24,785 nt of DNA from an uncultured bacterium. Its GTDB lineage: Bacteria > Hinthialibacterota > Hinthialibacteria > Hinthialibacterales > Hinthialibacteraceae. A program made the translations under genes and the position numbers. Under the pieces are notes generated by a model. The model did not search any database. It was given only the letters and a program-made list of their open reading frames with translations, and had not been told where the DNA came from. How positions within the stretch are numbered: the first letter of the stretch is position 1; the number at the start of each line of letters is the position of its first letter. This document shows positions 14,346 through 22,966 of the stretch, in pieces. The DNA is taken from the NCBI GenBank assembly GCA_964516245.1, contig CAZEZQ010000002.1:1678-26462 (forward strand), in the 5' to 3' direction.

Positions 14346-15850
14346 TGTTGTGGAAAACACTCTTGTTTGCTTTTAGCGAAATTCTAAAAGCATACAAACA
14401 CGAAGGGAAAACGGTTATGAAAGATTCTTTGGTGGAGTGTATGAATTTGTTTTTTCATTTGTGTATTCTTTTGTGCCTGTATTTATTCATACCGGCAATG
14501 GATTGCCTTGGACAAGCTTCACAAGACAATATCACTTTGCGTGTTTGCGCTTATGAAGGATATACAGAACCTTTTGTCGATGATTTTGCCAAACGAATTC
14601 AAAAACAATTCAATGTGAATGTTGATTTTGAAATCACCATAGCTCCTAATCCAGACGTAATGTTTTATAGGGCATTTGATAGAAAAGCGGATTTGATCAC
14701 GCCTACCCACAATCTATACAAAAGCAAGGTCTGGCCATTTATAGAGAATAGAGTCGTTCACCCAATCAATCTTAGCCAAATTGAAAATTATAAACATGTG
14801 CTGCCCGTGTTTCAAAAAAATTCTTATGTAACTCAAAATGATAATGTGTATGGAACCCCACTTGCGGCAGGATATTATGCTTTGGCTTACAACGCAGACA
14901 AACTAAATGAGCCCCCCACGAGTTGGGATGTACTATGGAATAGTGATTTTAAAAATCAATATTCGATTTCAGAAGATTATTTTGATTGCAATATTTATAT
15001 TACAGCCTTATCGATGGGAGTACCCTATGAAAATCTCTATAATCCAGGCGCCATTTTTCAGGAAATTCCACTCCACCGGCTTCGTGGACGGCTCAATCAA
15101 TTGGCGAGCAATGCATTTTCATTCTGGGAAAGCACACCCAATGTGGAAGAGATGAAAGAATTATCACTGGTGACTACATGGGGATACGCAGTGGTCCAAG
15201 CCAATAAGCAGGGAATGAACTGGAAAATGGCGTCTCCAAAAGAAGGTACTACAGCCTGGTTTGACCACTGGTCTATCACTCATGCGGTCGAAGCCGATTC
15301 TTTAAAATATCAAATATGTATGGAATGGTTGAATTACGCACTATCCAAAAAAGTGCAAGAGCAAGCCGTTCGACTGTGGGGCAACACACCCGTTACGACA
15401 AATGTATTGGATTTATTCAATGAGGAGGAAATTGACACGTACAAGATTGCGAACAATGAATACTGGTCGCAAATTTCGTTTTGGGAAGTGATGGATGCCA
15501 ATACCATTCGAGTGGGGCAAGCTTTGTGGCGTTATGCGATGGCTCAAAAGACATCTCAAGATCGAATGGAAGAATATTTTCAAGATGTACGGCAAACAAT
15601 TGAAAGCCAAGTCATGCCGCAACGATCCAAACATTTAGGGCAACTTGATTTTTCCCGCAACGGTGAAAACGGACAACCAACTGGTTTGGAAGCGAATCAA
15701 GCGGAATTTTCAGCACAAATTGCCGACGATCTTTTGCACCGTATGCGTGTAATGGCCATTAAACGACGCACAACTATGAACGAACTCTTGGAAGAAGCAA
15801 TATTCGATTACTTGAAAAAGAATAATGAATTGCCTGCCAGTCGGCGCTAG
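14345..15850 (+). CDS. Extracellular solute-binding protein (PotD/PotF-like, family-1 ABC substrate-binding protein) with an unusual ~90-aa C-terminal extension
   Basis: The PotD-like core shows 'ITLRVCAYEGYTEPFVDDFAKRIQKQFNVNVDFEI...DLITPTHN...'. The N-terminus has a hydrophobic segment (MNLFFHLCILLCLYLFIPAMDC), so the true start may be ATG 14417 or 14441 rather than 14345 (TAATG overlap with the upstream stop). The C-terminal tail 'DDLLHRMRVMAIKRRTTMNELLEEAIFDYLKKNN' resembles a ribbon-helix-helix motif. Confidence 0.65.
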   Translation: MLWKTLLFAFSEILKAYKHEGKTVMKDSLVECMNLFFHLCILLCLYLFIPAMDCLGQASQDNITLRVCAYEGYTEPFVDDFAKRIQKQFNVNVDFEITIAPNPDVMFYRAFDRKADLITPTHNLYKSKVWPFIENRVVHPINLSQIENYKHVLPVFQKNSYVTQNDNVYGTPLAAGYYALAYNADKLNEPPTSWDVLWNSDFKNQYSISEDYFDCNIYITALSMGVPYENLYNPGAIFQEIPLHRLRGRLNQLASNAFSFWESTPNVEEMKELSLVTTWGYAVVQANKQGMNWKMASPKEGTTAWFDHWSITHAVEADSLKYQICMEWLNYALSKKVQEQAVRLWGNTPVTTNVLDLFNEEEIDTYKIANNEYWSQISFWEVMDANTIRVGQALWRYAMAQKTSQDRMEEYFQDVRQTIESQVMPQRSKHLGQLDFSRNGENGQPTGLEANQAEFSAQIADDLLHRMRVMAIKRRTTMNELLEEAIFDYLKKNNELPASRR

Positions 15851-15866
15851 AACCAGTGAAAAGAGA

Positions 15867-16709
15867 TTACAGTTGGCCATGCAAAATTGTAAGATTGGGT
15901 TTTGGATGTAATGGTTTTGACCAAGATAGCATAGAAATCAGTTCTTGAAGATGGTGCGTGGATAGCACACCGGCGTTCAAGAACAACAATGACTTCCATC
16001 CCCTTTTTTGGGCTTGCTGTATGATTTGACGATGTACGCCAACCGGATCATCCAAAGGAAATGTGGCGCTTCTTGGTAACGCCTGGTAATGGAGACTTGG
16101 ACGCGTGGAATCATAAACCATCGATTCGTCACCCCATGGTGGATCACCAAAGATGAGATCCGGTTCATAGGTTTCTGGAAGCGAGCGAAACAAATCACTC
16201 TCAACAATTTGAATGTCAACCTTATGCAAGTTCACATTCGTTTGGGCTAAAACAATGGCAGCTGAATCAATTTCTACTGATACAATTTGAACCTGATCTT
16301 TGAGGTCTTTCTTCAATGAGATTGCCAAAGCGCCACAGCCCAATCCCACTTCAAGCACTTGAAACGATCTTTTATCATAGGGTGATTGTGAATGGATGTA
16401 CTCTATGATGGCATCAATCATATAACTGGTTTCTGGGTCGGTGATGTATGCCCGGCGGTCAATAAGAAATTCATTACCTCGAAATTTCAATTTGCCTATG
16501 ATATAAGCGAGAGGATCTCCCATGAGACGGCGTTTGATAGCTCGCCGCAGCTTTTCTGAATCGTTTCCCATGGTTTGCCAAAGAATTTTCATTTCACTCA
16601 TAAGAAGATTCATATCGAAATCAACAAATTGATGAAAATCGTTTTGGACTTGCTGAAGTTGCTCTTTTAAGAAAACTTCTATATCCATTATATATCCCAT
16701 TCGTATCAA
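15867..16709 (-). CDS. Class I SAM-dependent methyltransferase related to HemK/PrmC (N5-glutamine/N6-adenine type, DPPW motif)
   Basis: 280 aa. It has 'PLAYIIGKLKFRGNEFLIDRRAYITDPETS' (HemK-like 'PxxYIxGxxxFxGxxFxVxxxVLIPRPETE'), SAM-binding 'VLEVGLGCGALAISL', and 'DLIFGDPPW' in place of (N/D)PP(Y/F). It is convergent with the solute-binding-protein gene, with a 16-nt gap. Confidence 0.7.
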   Translation of the reverse strand: MIRMGYIMDIEVFLKEQLQQVQNDFHQFVDFDMNLLMSEMKILWQTMGNDSEKLRRAIKRRLMGDPLAYIIGKLKFRGNEFLIDRRAYITDPETSYMIDAIIEYIHSQSPYDKRSFQVLEVGLGCGALAISLKKDLKDQVQIVSVEIDSAAIVLAQTNVNLHKVDIQIVESDLFRSLPETYEPDLIFGDPPWGDESMVYDSTRPSLHYQALPRSATFPLDDPVGVHRQIIQQAQKRGWKSLLFLNAGVLSTHHLQELISMLSWSKPLHPKPNLTILHGQL

Positions 16710-16759
16710 ATTCTCTGAACTGTGATGTCATGGTAGATGGTACTGTAAATGATGTTCTG

Positions 16760-16816
16760 GCAAAAAGTCTTTACTTGTGATGCAGACATCTTGTCTGCAT
16801 CAACATATAGTGCAGG
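16760..16816 (+). repeat. Copy C of the hairpin motif: GCAAAAAG-TCTTTACTTGTGA-[TGCAGACA tct TGTCTGCA]-TCAACATATAGTGCAGG
   Basis: Seen directly. The flanks are conserved with copies A and B (GCAAAAAGTCTTT... and ...ATATAGTGCAGG). The stem sequence is entirely different but still perfectly self-complementary (8 bp). It lies in the 424-bp divergent intergenic region upstream of the plus-strand lipoprotein gene. Confidence 0.45.
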
Positions 16817-17132
16817 CAAGATGCCCGCACCACAATATAGATATCCTCACAAATCTTACTTAATTACTCTTTTTGCCGAAACGTCTATAAATGAGATTAT
16901 CGTTGCACAGATATTTATGTTGCAATTGCTGTTGACAAGTGAAATGAGAACGATTTACGAAAGTGATAACATCATTATATTATTCAAATCAATTAATATT
17001 AAACCATGAAAATCATAAATCCAATCCATATTGTCAAATTTAGTAGCAAAATATAGCGAAAGAAAATTGACATGGATACTTTTTTCTAATATAGTACAAT
17101 CTCTCTTTTCATAAGTACCAAACTTGTGCTAA

Positions 17133-18383
17133 ATGCTTCGAATTGGATTTTTTGAAATGATGAACCACCAAAATGCTTTTCTTGCGATAGGCCGTACGAT
17201 TTTACTCTATTCATTTTCTCTTATTATCGGTGTTATTTTTTCAGGATGCGCAATGCGGTCTATGCACTACAAATCGTTTTTGGAATTGCACGAAGAAGCT
17301 ACTGAAAACTATACTTCACAGGTTTTTAACACTCTCGTAATGATGTGGGAAGATGGTGAACTCCCCATCTTATTCAATATCGAAGCTGGAGCCTCCTTAT
17401 GGACACCAGGATACTCTTTGACTATAAGCGGCTTGGTACTACCTTTATTTGATGCAGACCAATCCAGCCTGACAACCACCGCAGCGGGAAATGAAACGGT
17501 TACCAATCAAATTCAATTTAATGATTTTGGTTCGGATGCAATGTTGCGAACCACCATGATATACGGTTATTTGTGTTTTCCAATCGATTTTGGAGATGGA
17601 TTGATATTGCCCAATGGCTCACTTTATACGATAGTGGATATTCGTGATACGCCGGAAGGTTTATCCAAATGGCGAAAGTTGAAAGACAATCGTTATATGG
17701 GTGTACCTGAAGAAAAGCAAGAAGATTTTGTCCGTTTCGCTCGAGACATTGTGTATTGGACACGAAACGCAGATCCCAATCCAAAAGATCTCATTTCGAT
17801 TCCTGGAAGTTTGTATCGTTTTTCTGTAACATATTCTTCATCGATAAAAGAACTGGCTCAAGCGGTATTATCCTATGAAGAAGCGAAGAAGGGATTGAAG
17901 AATGCCCAAGAAACAGTACAGCAAGTTCAAACTGAATTTGACCAATTAAAGCAGGAAGCGAAGACCACCCAAACAAATCCTGCGATCATGCAAACCCTTC
18001 TTCAAATCAAGCAAGAGGATGTTCAAACCAAACAACAGCAATTGGCTTCGTTAAGTTCACAAATCATGCAAGCGGAGAGTAAGATAAACCAAAAAAGTTC
18101 AGAATTGAATTTATTGGTGGCGTCAATTGTTGGAAGCCTGAATAAAGTAGAGAAATACGATCCCGAAGTTGCAAATGAAACCATACAAAATATCATCAAC
18201 TTGTTTAATGAACCGGTCGAAAAGATATTGCATGGGGATGACAAGGCATTAAAGAAATATAGCAACATGCTGGCTGAACCTTCAGCACTCGATGCAAAAG
18301 AATCAGTAGATGATCTCTACCGGGAAAGATTCGAATCGCTGCCACTTCAATTTAATCCAGCTGCTGGCCAAGCCCTGCAATAA
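17133..18383 (+). CDS. Hypothetical lipoprotein with C-terminal coiled-coil region
   Basis: 416 aa. N-terminal signal with a lipobox-like 'IFSGC|A'. The C-terminal half is Q/K/E-rich with heptad-like periodicity (…LKNAQETVQQVQTEFDQLKQEAKTTQ…QQQLASLSSQIMQAESKINQKSSELNLL). No recognisable enzymatic motif. The start could be the internal MMNHQ Met. Confidence 0.55.
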   Translation: MLRIGFFEMMNHQNAFLAIGRTILLYSFSLIIGVIFSGCAMRSMHYKSFLELHEEATENYTSQVFNTLVMMWEDGELPILFNIEAGASLWTPGYSLTISGLVLPLFDADQSSLTTTAAGNETVTNQIQFNDFGSDAMLRTTMIYGYLCFPIDFGDGLILPNGSLYTIVDIRDTPEGLSKWRKLKDNRYMGVPEEKQEDFVRFARDIVYWTRNADPNPKDLISIPGSLYRFSVTYSSSIKELAQAVLSYEEAKKGLKNAQETVQQVQTEFDQLKQEAKTTQTNPAIMQTLLQIKQEDVQTKQQQLASLSSQIMQAESKINQKSSELNLLVASIVGSLNKVEKYDPEVANETIQNIINLFNEPVEKILHGDDKALKKYSNMLAEPSALDAKESVDDLYRERFESLPLQFNPAAGQALQ

Positions 18384-18405
18384 ATGTATTGTCCAAATCT
18401 ATAAA

Positions 18406-19611
18406 ATGAGAATGGAGTCCATTATGCGGAAATTGCTTATTGTTTGTTTGCATATATTTCTTGTTTCCCCTTTATTGCATGGACAAACTTTACCTCTTCC
18501 TGAGCTAACAGGTCCCCATCCAGTTGGCACCACAATCCGTCACTTTATTGATGATTCTCGGGAAAACACGTTTACGGATGATCCAGATGATGCACGAGAA
18601 TTGGTGGTTCAAATTTGGTACCCCACCATATCTGGAAATACCGCGCCGTTAGTATACATGCCGGATGCGGATGTCATCGGTCCTCAGGCGCGATCCATTG
18701 GCTTTCCATTTCCGCAAGAGTTGGAAGATTATTATCAAGTTTTGGATAGCCACTCAGTTGTAGACGCTCCTGTTGCTATCAATGAAAGCGGCTACCCATT
18801 GCTTATATTTTCGCATGCCTGCTCGGCCATGAAAACACAAAATGTGTATCAAATGGAAGAATTGGCAAGCCATGGATACATTGTGGCAGCCATTGCCCAT
18901 ACTTATAATAGTCTGGCGGTTCGATTCCCCGACGAACGAGTGATCAATTGGGTGGCAGAATCAACTATCAAAAACGATGAATTTTTTCGCCATACAGATG
19001 ACGTAGACTTTGTTCTCGACCGCTTAACCGACCTCAATTCAGACGACCTTTCAGGATTGTTCACCAACCGCTTAAATTTAGACCGAGTAGGCGTATTCGG
19101 GATGTCAGTGGGGGGAGCCGTAGCTGCATTGGCAACCATATCCGACCCACGAGTTGACGCCGGGATCAATATGGACGGAACTCTTTGTTTTTTGGATGTT
19201 GAAGGAGTGCCTGATTTTACCGAAATCTGCGATCAAGGCATTGATGATCCCTTCATGATTATGTTGCATGATGGACATCTATTGGAAGATGAAAACACGG
19301 ATCCCAATACGGTTCTTCGTGGAGGGGGAAATGTAGTAACAATTTCAGATACAGCACATTTCGATTTTTCAGAAATCCCTATGGTTTGGAACCTTGCTGG
19401 TTTGGATGGTGTGTATCCTGCCGCACAAAGCGAAGATCCAGTACGGGTGGTTCGAATCTTTACAGATTATTCTCTTGCATTTTTTAATCAACATTTAAAA
19501 GATATACCCGAACCAATTCTTATGGGAGATTCGCCCAGTTATCCTGAAGTGGCTATGGAAGTGTTTGCTCCCCAAACCAGTTCGGTCCCGTTTTATTCGG
19601 CGTATGAATAA
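18406..19611 (+). CDS. Secreted alpha/beta hydrolase, PAF-acetylhydrolase-like lipase/esterase family
   Basis: ORF track start 18310 overlaps the previous gene. The in-frame ATGs at 18406 and 18424 (MRKLLIVCLHIFLVSPLLHG, a signal peptide, with GGAG 6 nt upstream) are more plausible. Nucleophile elbow 'GMSVGG' (GxSxG) in 'VGVFGMSVGGAVAAL'; 'LLIFSHAC' oxyanion region. Overall similarity is to PAF-AH/dienelactone-hydrolase-like proteins. Confidence 0.7.
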   Translation: MRMESIMRKLLIVCLHIFLVSPLLHGQTLPLPELTGPHPVGTTIRHFIDDSRENTFTDDPDDARELVVQIWYPTISGNTAPLVYMPDADVIGPQARSIGFPFPQELEDYYQVLDSHSVVDAPVAINESGYPLLIFSHACSAMKTQNVYQMEELASHGYIVAAIAHTYNSLAVRFPDERVINWVAESTIKNDEFFRHTDDVDFVLDRLTDLNSDDLSGLFTNRLNLDRVGVFGMSVGGAVAALATISDPRVDAGINMDGTLCFLDVEGVPDFTEICDQGIDDPFMIMLHDGHLLEDENTDPNTVLRGGGNVVTISDTAHFDFSEIPMVWNLAGLDGVYPAAQSEDPVRVVRIFTDYSLAFFNQHLKDIPEPILMGDSPSYPEVAMEVFAPQTSSVPFYSAYE

Positions 19612-19703
19612 TCGAATCTCAGTATAATACAAACTATTTTTGTTCGAATGAAACGTATAAACATTAAAAACAACTTTCAGTAAGAAATGAGAAATAATCG
19701 TAT

Positions 19704-21509
19704 ATGAACAAAGTGAGTTCGATAGCCGCCCGCTCCAATACGCTCATTGATTTGCTCCGGCTTCGCTCAGAAGAACATCCAAACCGGCTGGCCTATATAT
19801 TTCTAAACAACAATGAGAGCCAGAACAATTCCACGTTAACGTTTGGTGAATTGTTTCAAAGGGCTCAAGCGATAGCATCCAGACTGCAATCTTTGGAGAT
19901 GGAAGGAGAAAGAGCCATGCTCTTTTACCCTTCGTGTATGGAATATCTGGAAGCATTTTGGGGATGTATTCTAGCCGGTGTAATAGCTGTACCTCTATAT
20001 CCACCTCGTCCCAACCGGAGTTTCGACCGCTTTTTAAACGTAGTGAGAAACGCGGATGCTCGAGTCGCCTTAACGACCACTAACGTGATTAAAGAATACA
20101 AATCTCGGTTCGATCATGAAAGTCATGTAGCCAAAATGACATGGATTGCGTCTGATGATGTGAGTACATGTGAATGCACTCATTGGCAACCACCATCTAT
20201 ATCGCGTGAATCAATTGCTTACCTCCAATATACATCCGGTTCAACATCGACACCCCGTGGAGTTATTGTAAGCCATGAAAATTTACTGGTTCACAATCAG
20301 TTGATGAAAGAATTATTGGGCCATCCAGAAGGCTCAACTATGGGCGCATGGCTTCCGCTCCATCACGATATGGGTTTGGTTGGTTTCGGCATTCAAGGTC
20401 CATATATTGGAGGGCCAGTGTATTGGCAAACTCCATTCGATTTCTTAAAAAAACCGATTCGATGGTTAAAAATGTTATCCGACCATCAAGTCTACACGAC
20501 AGCGGCACCAAATTTTGCGTATGAAATCTGTGCCGCCAAAACCACATTGGAACAACGGGAAGGATTGGATTTGAGCCATTTGAAAATAGCGTACAACGGT
20601 TCCGAACATATACGGGCCAGCACTTGTGAACGTTTTATTTGTGAATTTGAACCGTATGGATTTGATCCCAAATCCCTGGTTGGGGCTTATGGTATGGCGG
20701 AATTTTCTCTGATGGCGACCTGTGGACACATAGAGAAAATGCAATCTTTTGTTGTGGTGAACCGTGAAGCGCTGGATTTTTCTGAAGTCCAAGTTGCTTC
20801 TGAAAATTCCATGAAATCTGTAAAACTCATGAGCAGCGGCCGGATCGCGGACGAAGTTAACTTGCGGATTGTCGATCCTTGGGCACTCACAGTACTTCCA
20901 TCTAACCGAATTGGAGAAATATGGCTCTCGCATGGCAGTGTAGCCAAAGGATATTGGGATGACGGCCAAGCTACACAAGACACGTTTCATGCTTATATTG
21001 CTGATACAGGTGAAGGGCCTTACCTGCGAACTGGAGACTTGGGATTTGTGTTTGAAAACGAGCTGTATGTAACCGGCCGCTTAAAAGAAGTGATTATAAT
21101 AGAAGGCCGCAATCATTATCCCCAAGATATTGAGCAAACAGTGGAACAAATCCATCCTGCCATCCGAACAACAGGTTGCGCTGCCTTTTCGATTACAGAA
21201 AATGATGAAGAAAAACTTGTTGTTTTAGCTGAACTGGACCATCGCTGGAAGCAAGTCGACACATATTCTTCTCCTTTTCAAAATGAACATTTATCAGAGC
21301 GAGTTATTCATCTGCCCACACTGCGAAAAGAAATACGAAAAGCCATTTCAGAAGTACATGATGTACGTCTACACAAAATTGTGTTCTTGAAGTTTGGCCA
21401 AGTCTTAAAGACCACCAGTGGTAAAACCCAAAGAACTGCATGCCGCAATGCGTATTTGTCTGGATTGTTGGAGACGGTTGAAGAATTGTCTAATTTAAAT
21501 GTAGGCTAA
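19704..21509 (+). CDS. Fatty acyl-AMP ligase (FAAL; FadD32/acyl-adenylate-forming starter enzyme of PKS/NRPS lipid loading)
   Basis: 601 aa. AMP-binding core 'YLQYTSGSTSTPRGVIVSHENL'; 'YGMAEF', 'LRTGDLGFV...GRLKEVIIIEGRNHYPQDIE', 'SGKTQR'. The N-terminal 'RLAYIFL' and overall pattern are typical of FAALs that sit next to an ACP-KS PKS. Confidence 0.85.
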   Translation: MNKVSSIAARSNTLIDLLRLRSEEHPNRLAYIFLNNNESQNNSTLTFGELFQRAQAIASRLQSLEMEGERAMLFYPSCMEYLEAFWGCILAGVIAVPLYPPRPNRSFDRFLNVVRNADARVALTTTNVIKEYKSRFDHESHVAKMTWIASDDVSTCECTHWQPPSISRESIAYLQYTSGSTSTPRGVIVSHENLLVHNQLMKELLGHPEGSTMGAWLPLHHDMGLVGFGIQGPYIGGPVYWQTPFDFLKKPIRWLKMLSDHQVYTTAAPNFAYEICAAKTTLEQREGLDLSHLKIAYNGSEHIRASTCERFICEFEPYGFDPKSLVGAYGMAEFSLMATCGHIEKMQSFVVVNREALDFSEVQVASENSMKSVKLMSSGRIADEVNLRIVDPWALTVLPSNRIGEIWLSHGSVAKGYWDDGQATQDTFHAYIADTGEGPYLRTGDLGFVFENELYVTGRLKEVIIIEGRNHYPQDIEQTVEQIHPAIRTTGCAAFSITENDEEKLVVLAELDHRWKQVDTYSSPFQNEHLSERVIHLPTLRKEIRKAISEVHDVRLHKIVFLKFGQVLKTTSGKTQRTACRNAYLSGLLETVEELSNLNVG

Positions 21510-22234
21510 TCTTTTGTCGTACGGCTTTGAACGGAAAATATACGTAATTCGATTTCTTTCACAATCTCTAATTCATGCGGAATGATGAAAAAGTGATCGC
21601 CTGGATAAAATTTTGAAAAAAAATAATTGGCCGTATGCTGTTTCCATTCTTGCAGATCGTGTGGTGATACAAAGGGGTCTTCCAATCCCCCAAAAGCCGT
21701 GATTGGGTAAGGACAGGGGTCTTCTTCTTGGTATAGGTATGTCTCACACAGGGTGAAATCTGCACGCAAAATTGGTAATACAATTTGCAAGAGTTCTGGA
21801 TGGGTAAAAACTTCATCTGGCGTGCCTTGCTTTTTCTGTATCTCTAATTGAAATTCCCTGTCTGGCAAAAGATGCAAAAGCTGATCGCGTTCACAAATAT
21901 GAGGTGCTTGTCTTCCTGATACGAAAAGATGATCGGGCAAGGGCAAATTTTGTCTTCTCAATTCTCGTGACACTTCATACGCCACTAATGCACCCATGCT
22001 ATGGCCATAAAAGACAAATGGAGGGTGGAATAAAGGTCGGTATTCGTTTATTACATACTTCAACATCGAACTCATCTCAGTGAATGGCCGATCTTTTAAC
22101 TTCGATTCTCTGCCGGGATATTGTATTGGCACGACATGAATGGAATGATGTGTCAATGATTTCCACTTGTGAAAGATGGACGAACCTTTTCCAGCAAAGG
22201 GAAAACAGAACAATCGGATTTCATCGATAGACAT
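21506..22234 (-). CDS. Type II thioesterase (editing TE of PKS/NRPS clusters)
   Basis: 242 aa. 'LFCFPFAGKGSSIF' (the 'FCFPxAGG' motif) and 'GHSMGALVAYEV' (GxSxG) are diagnostic of GrsT/RifR-like TEII. It is convergent with the FAAL gene, with a 4-nt stop overlap. Confidence 0.85.
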   Translation of the reverse strand: MSIDEIRLFCFPFAGKGSSIFHKWKSLTHHSIHVVPIQYPGRESKLKDRPFTEMSSMLKYVINEYRPLFHPPFVFYGHSMGALVAYEVSRELRRQNLPLPDHLFVSGRQAPHICERDQLLHLLPDREFQLEIQKKQGTPDEVFTHPELLQIVLPILRADFTLCETYLYQEEDPCPYPITAFGGLEDPFVSPHDLQEWKQHTANYFFSKFYPGDHFFIIPHELEIVKEIELRIFSVQSRTTKD

Positions 22235-22307
22235 ATTGAATAGTTCTAATGTAACATGTGCTTCATTACTTTGGTAATTGCATGTAACAAAATTATATAT
22301 CTGCTAA

Positions 22308-22547
22308 TTATTCAGAATTTTTAATGTTCTGTTCCATATGTTTTCTAAGACTCAGCGGCCTCATATCGCTCCAAACTTCTTCAATATAATCAAGACATTC
22401 CTGTTTCGTTCCAGATTTTCCAACATCGCTCCAACCCAATGGATTATCCCGATCGGCTGGCCAAATCGAATATTGCTCTTCGTGGTTAATCACAACTTTA
22501 TAAATGATATTTTCATTGGTTTCTTCAGCAACCATAAACAACTCCAT
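22308..22547 (-). CDS. MbtH-like protein (adenylation-domain chaperone)
   Basis: 79 aa. '[52 protein letters not shown]' matches the MbtH signature (NxExQxSxWP...PxGW...LxYIxxxWTDxRP). Confidence 0.85.
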   Translation of the reverse strand: MELFMVAEETNENIIYKVVINHEEQYSIWPADRDNPLGWSDVGKSGTKQECLDYIEEVWSDMRPLSLRKHMEQNIKNSE

Positions 22548-22966
22548 CTCTATGTAAAATATTTTTACAATTAAAATTAAATATTGGTTTCAAATACTTA
22601 AAAAAAGTCGTACGCGTAGAGATCTATAAATCAATAACGCCTAATTAAATTCTTATGAAAGGATATTACAAATAGAACGAAAAATCAAAGGTTTAAGTCC
22701 AGAGAAAAACTTTTACACATAAACAGAAAATCGTCAATGTCCAAGTCTACATAGTATACATTGGAAACAAATTTTTCTAAAAAGACTGTGAGTTTACCAT
22801 TGTTTTTCATGCAAATTATATCATAATTGACACGTTCAAATCACAATTCTTTATTATTTGAATTTTCGTTTGCGGAAGTGTACTAAAAAAACTATTGTCA
22901 ATTAGAGCAATCTTAAACGAATACTTATAGAGTATTAAAAATTATATATAAATAGCGCAATTTACC

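Noticed and set aside
16755-16790. Sigma-54 (-24/-12) promoter 'TGGCAaaaagtcTTTaC' overlapping hairpin-motif copy C
   Set aside because: Only the GG/GC dinucleotides are approximately placed, and the other copies of the motif lack the GG. This is insufficient.
16749-17009. 86-aa ORF in the divergent intergenic region
   Set aside because: It lies in very AT-rich sequence with low-complexity composition, overlaps the hairpin motif, and has no RBS or recognisable fold. It is probably non-coding.
22240-22300. Direct repeat of TGTAACA / palindromic ACATGT motifs between the TEII and MbtH genes
   Set aside because: Short, AT-rich, and could easily arise by chance. Possibly an operator, but the evidence is too weak to call.
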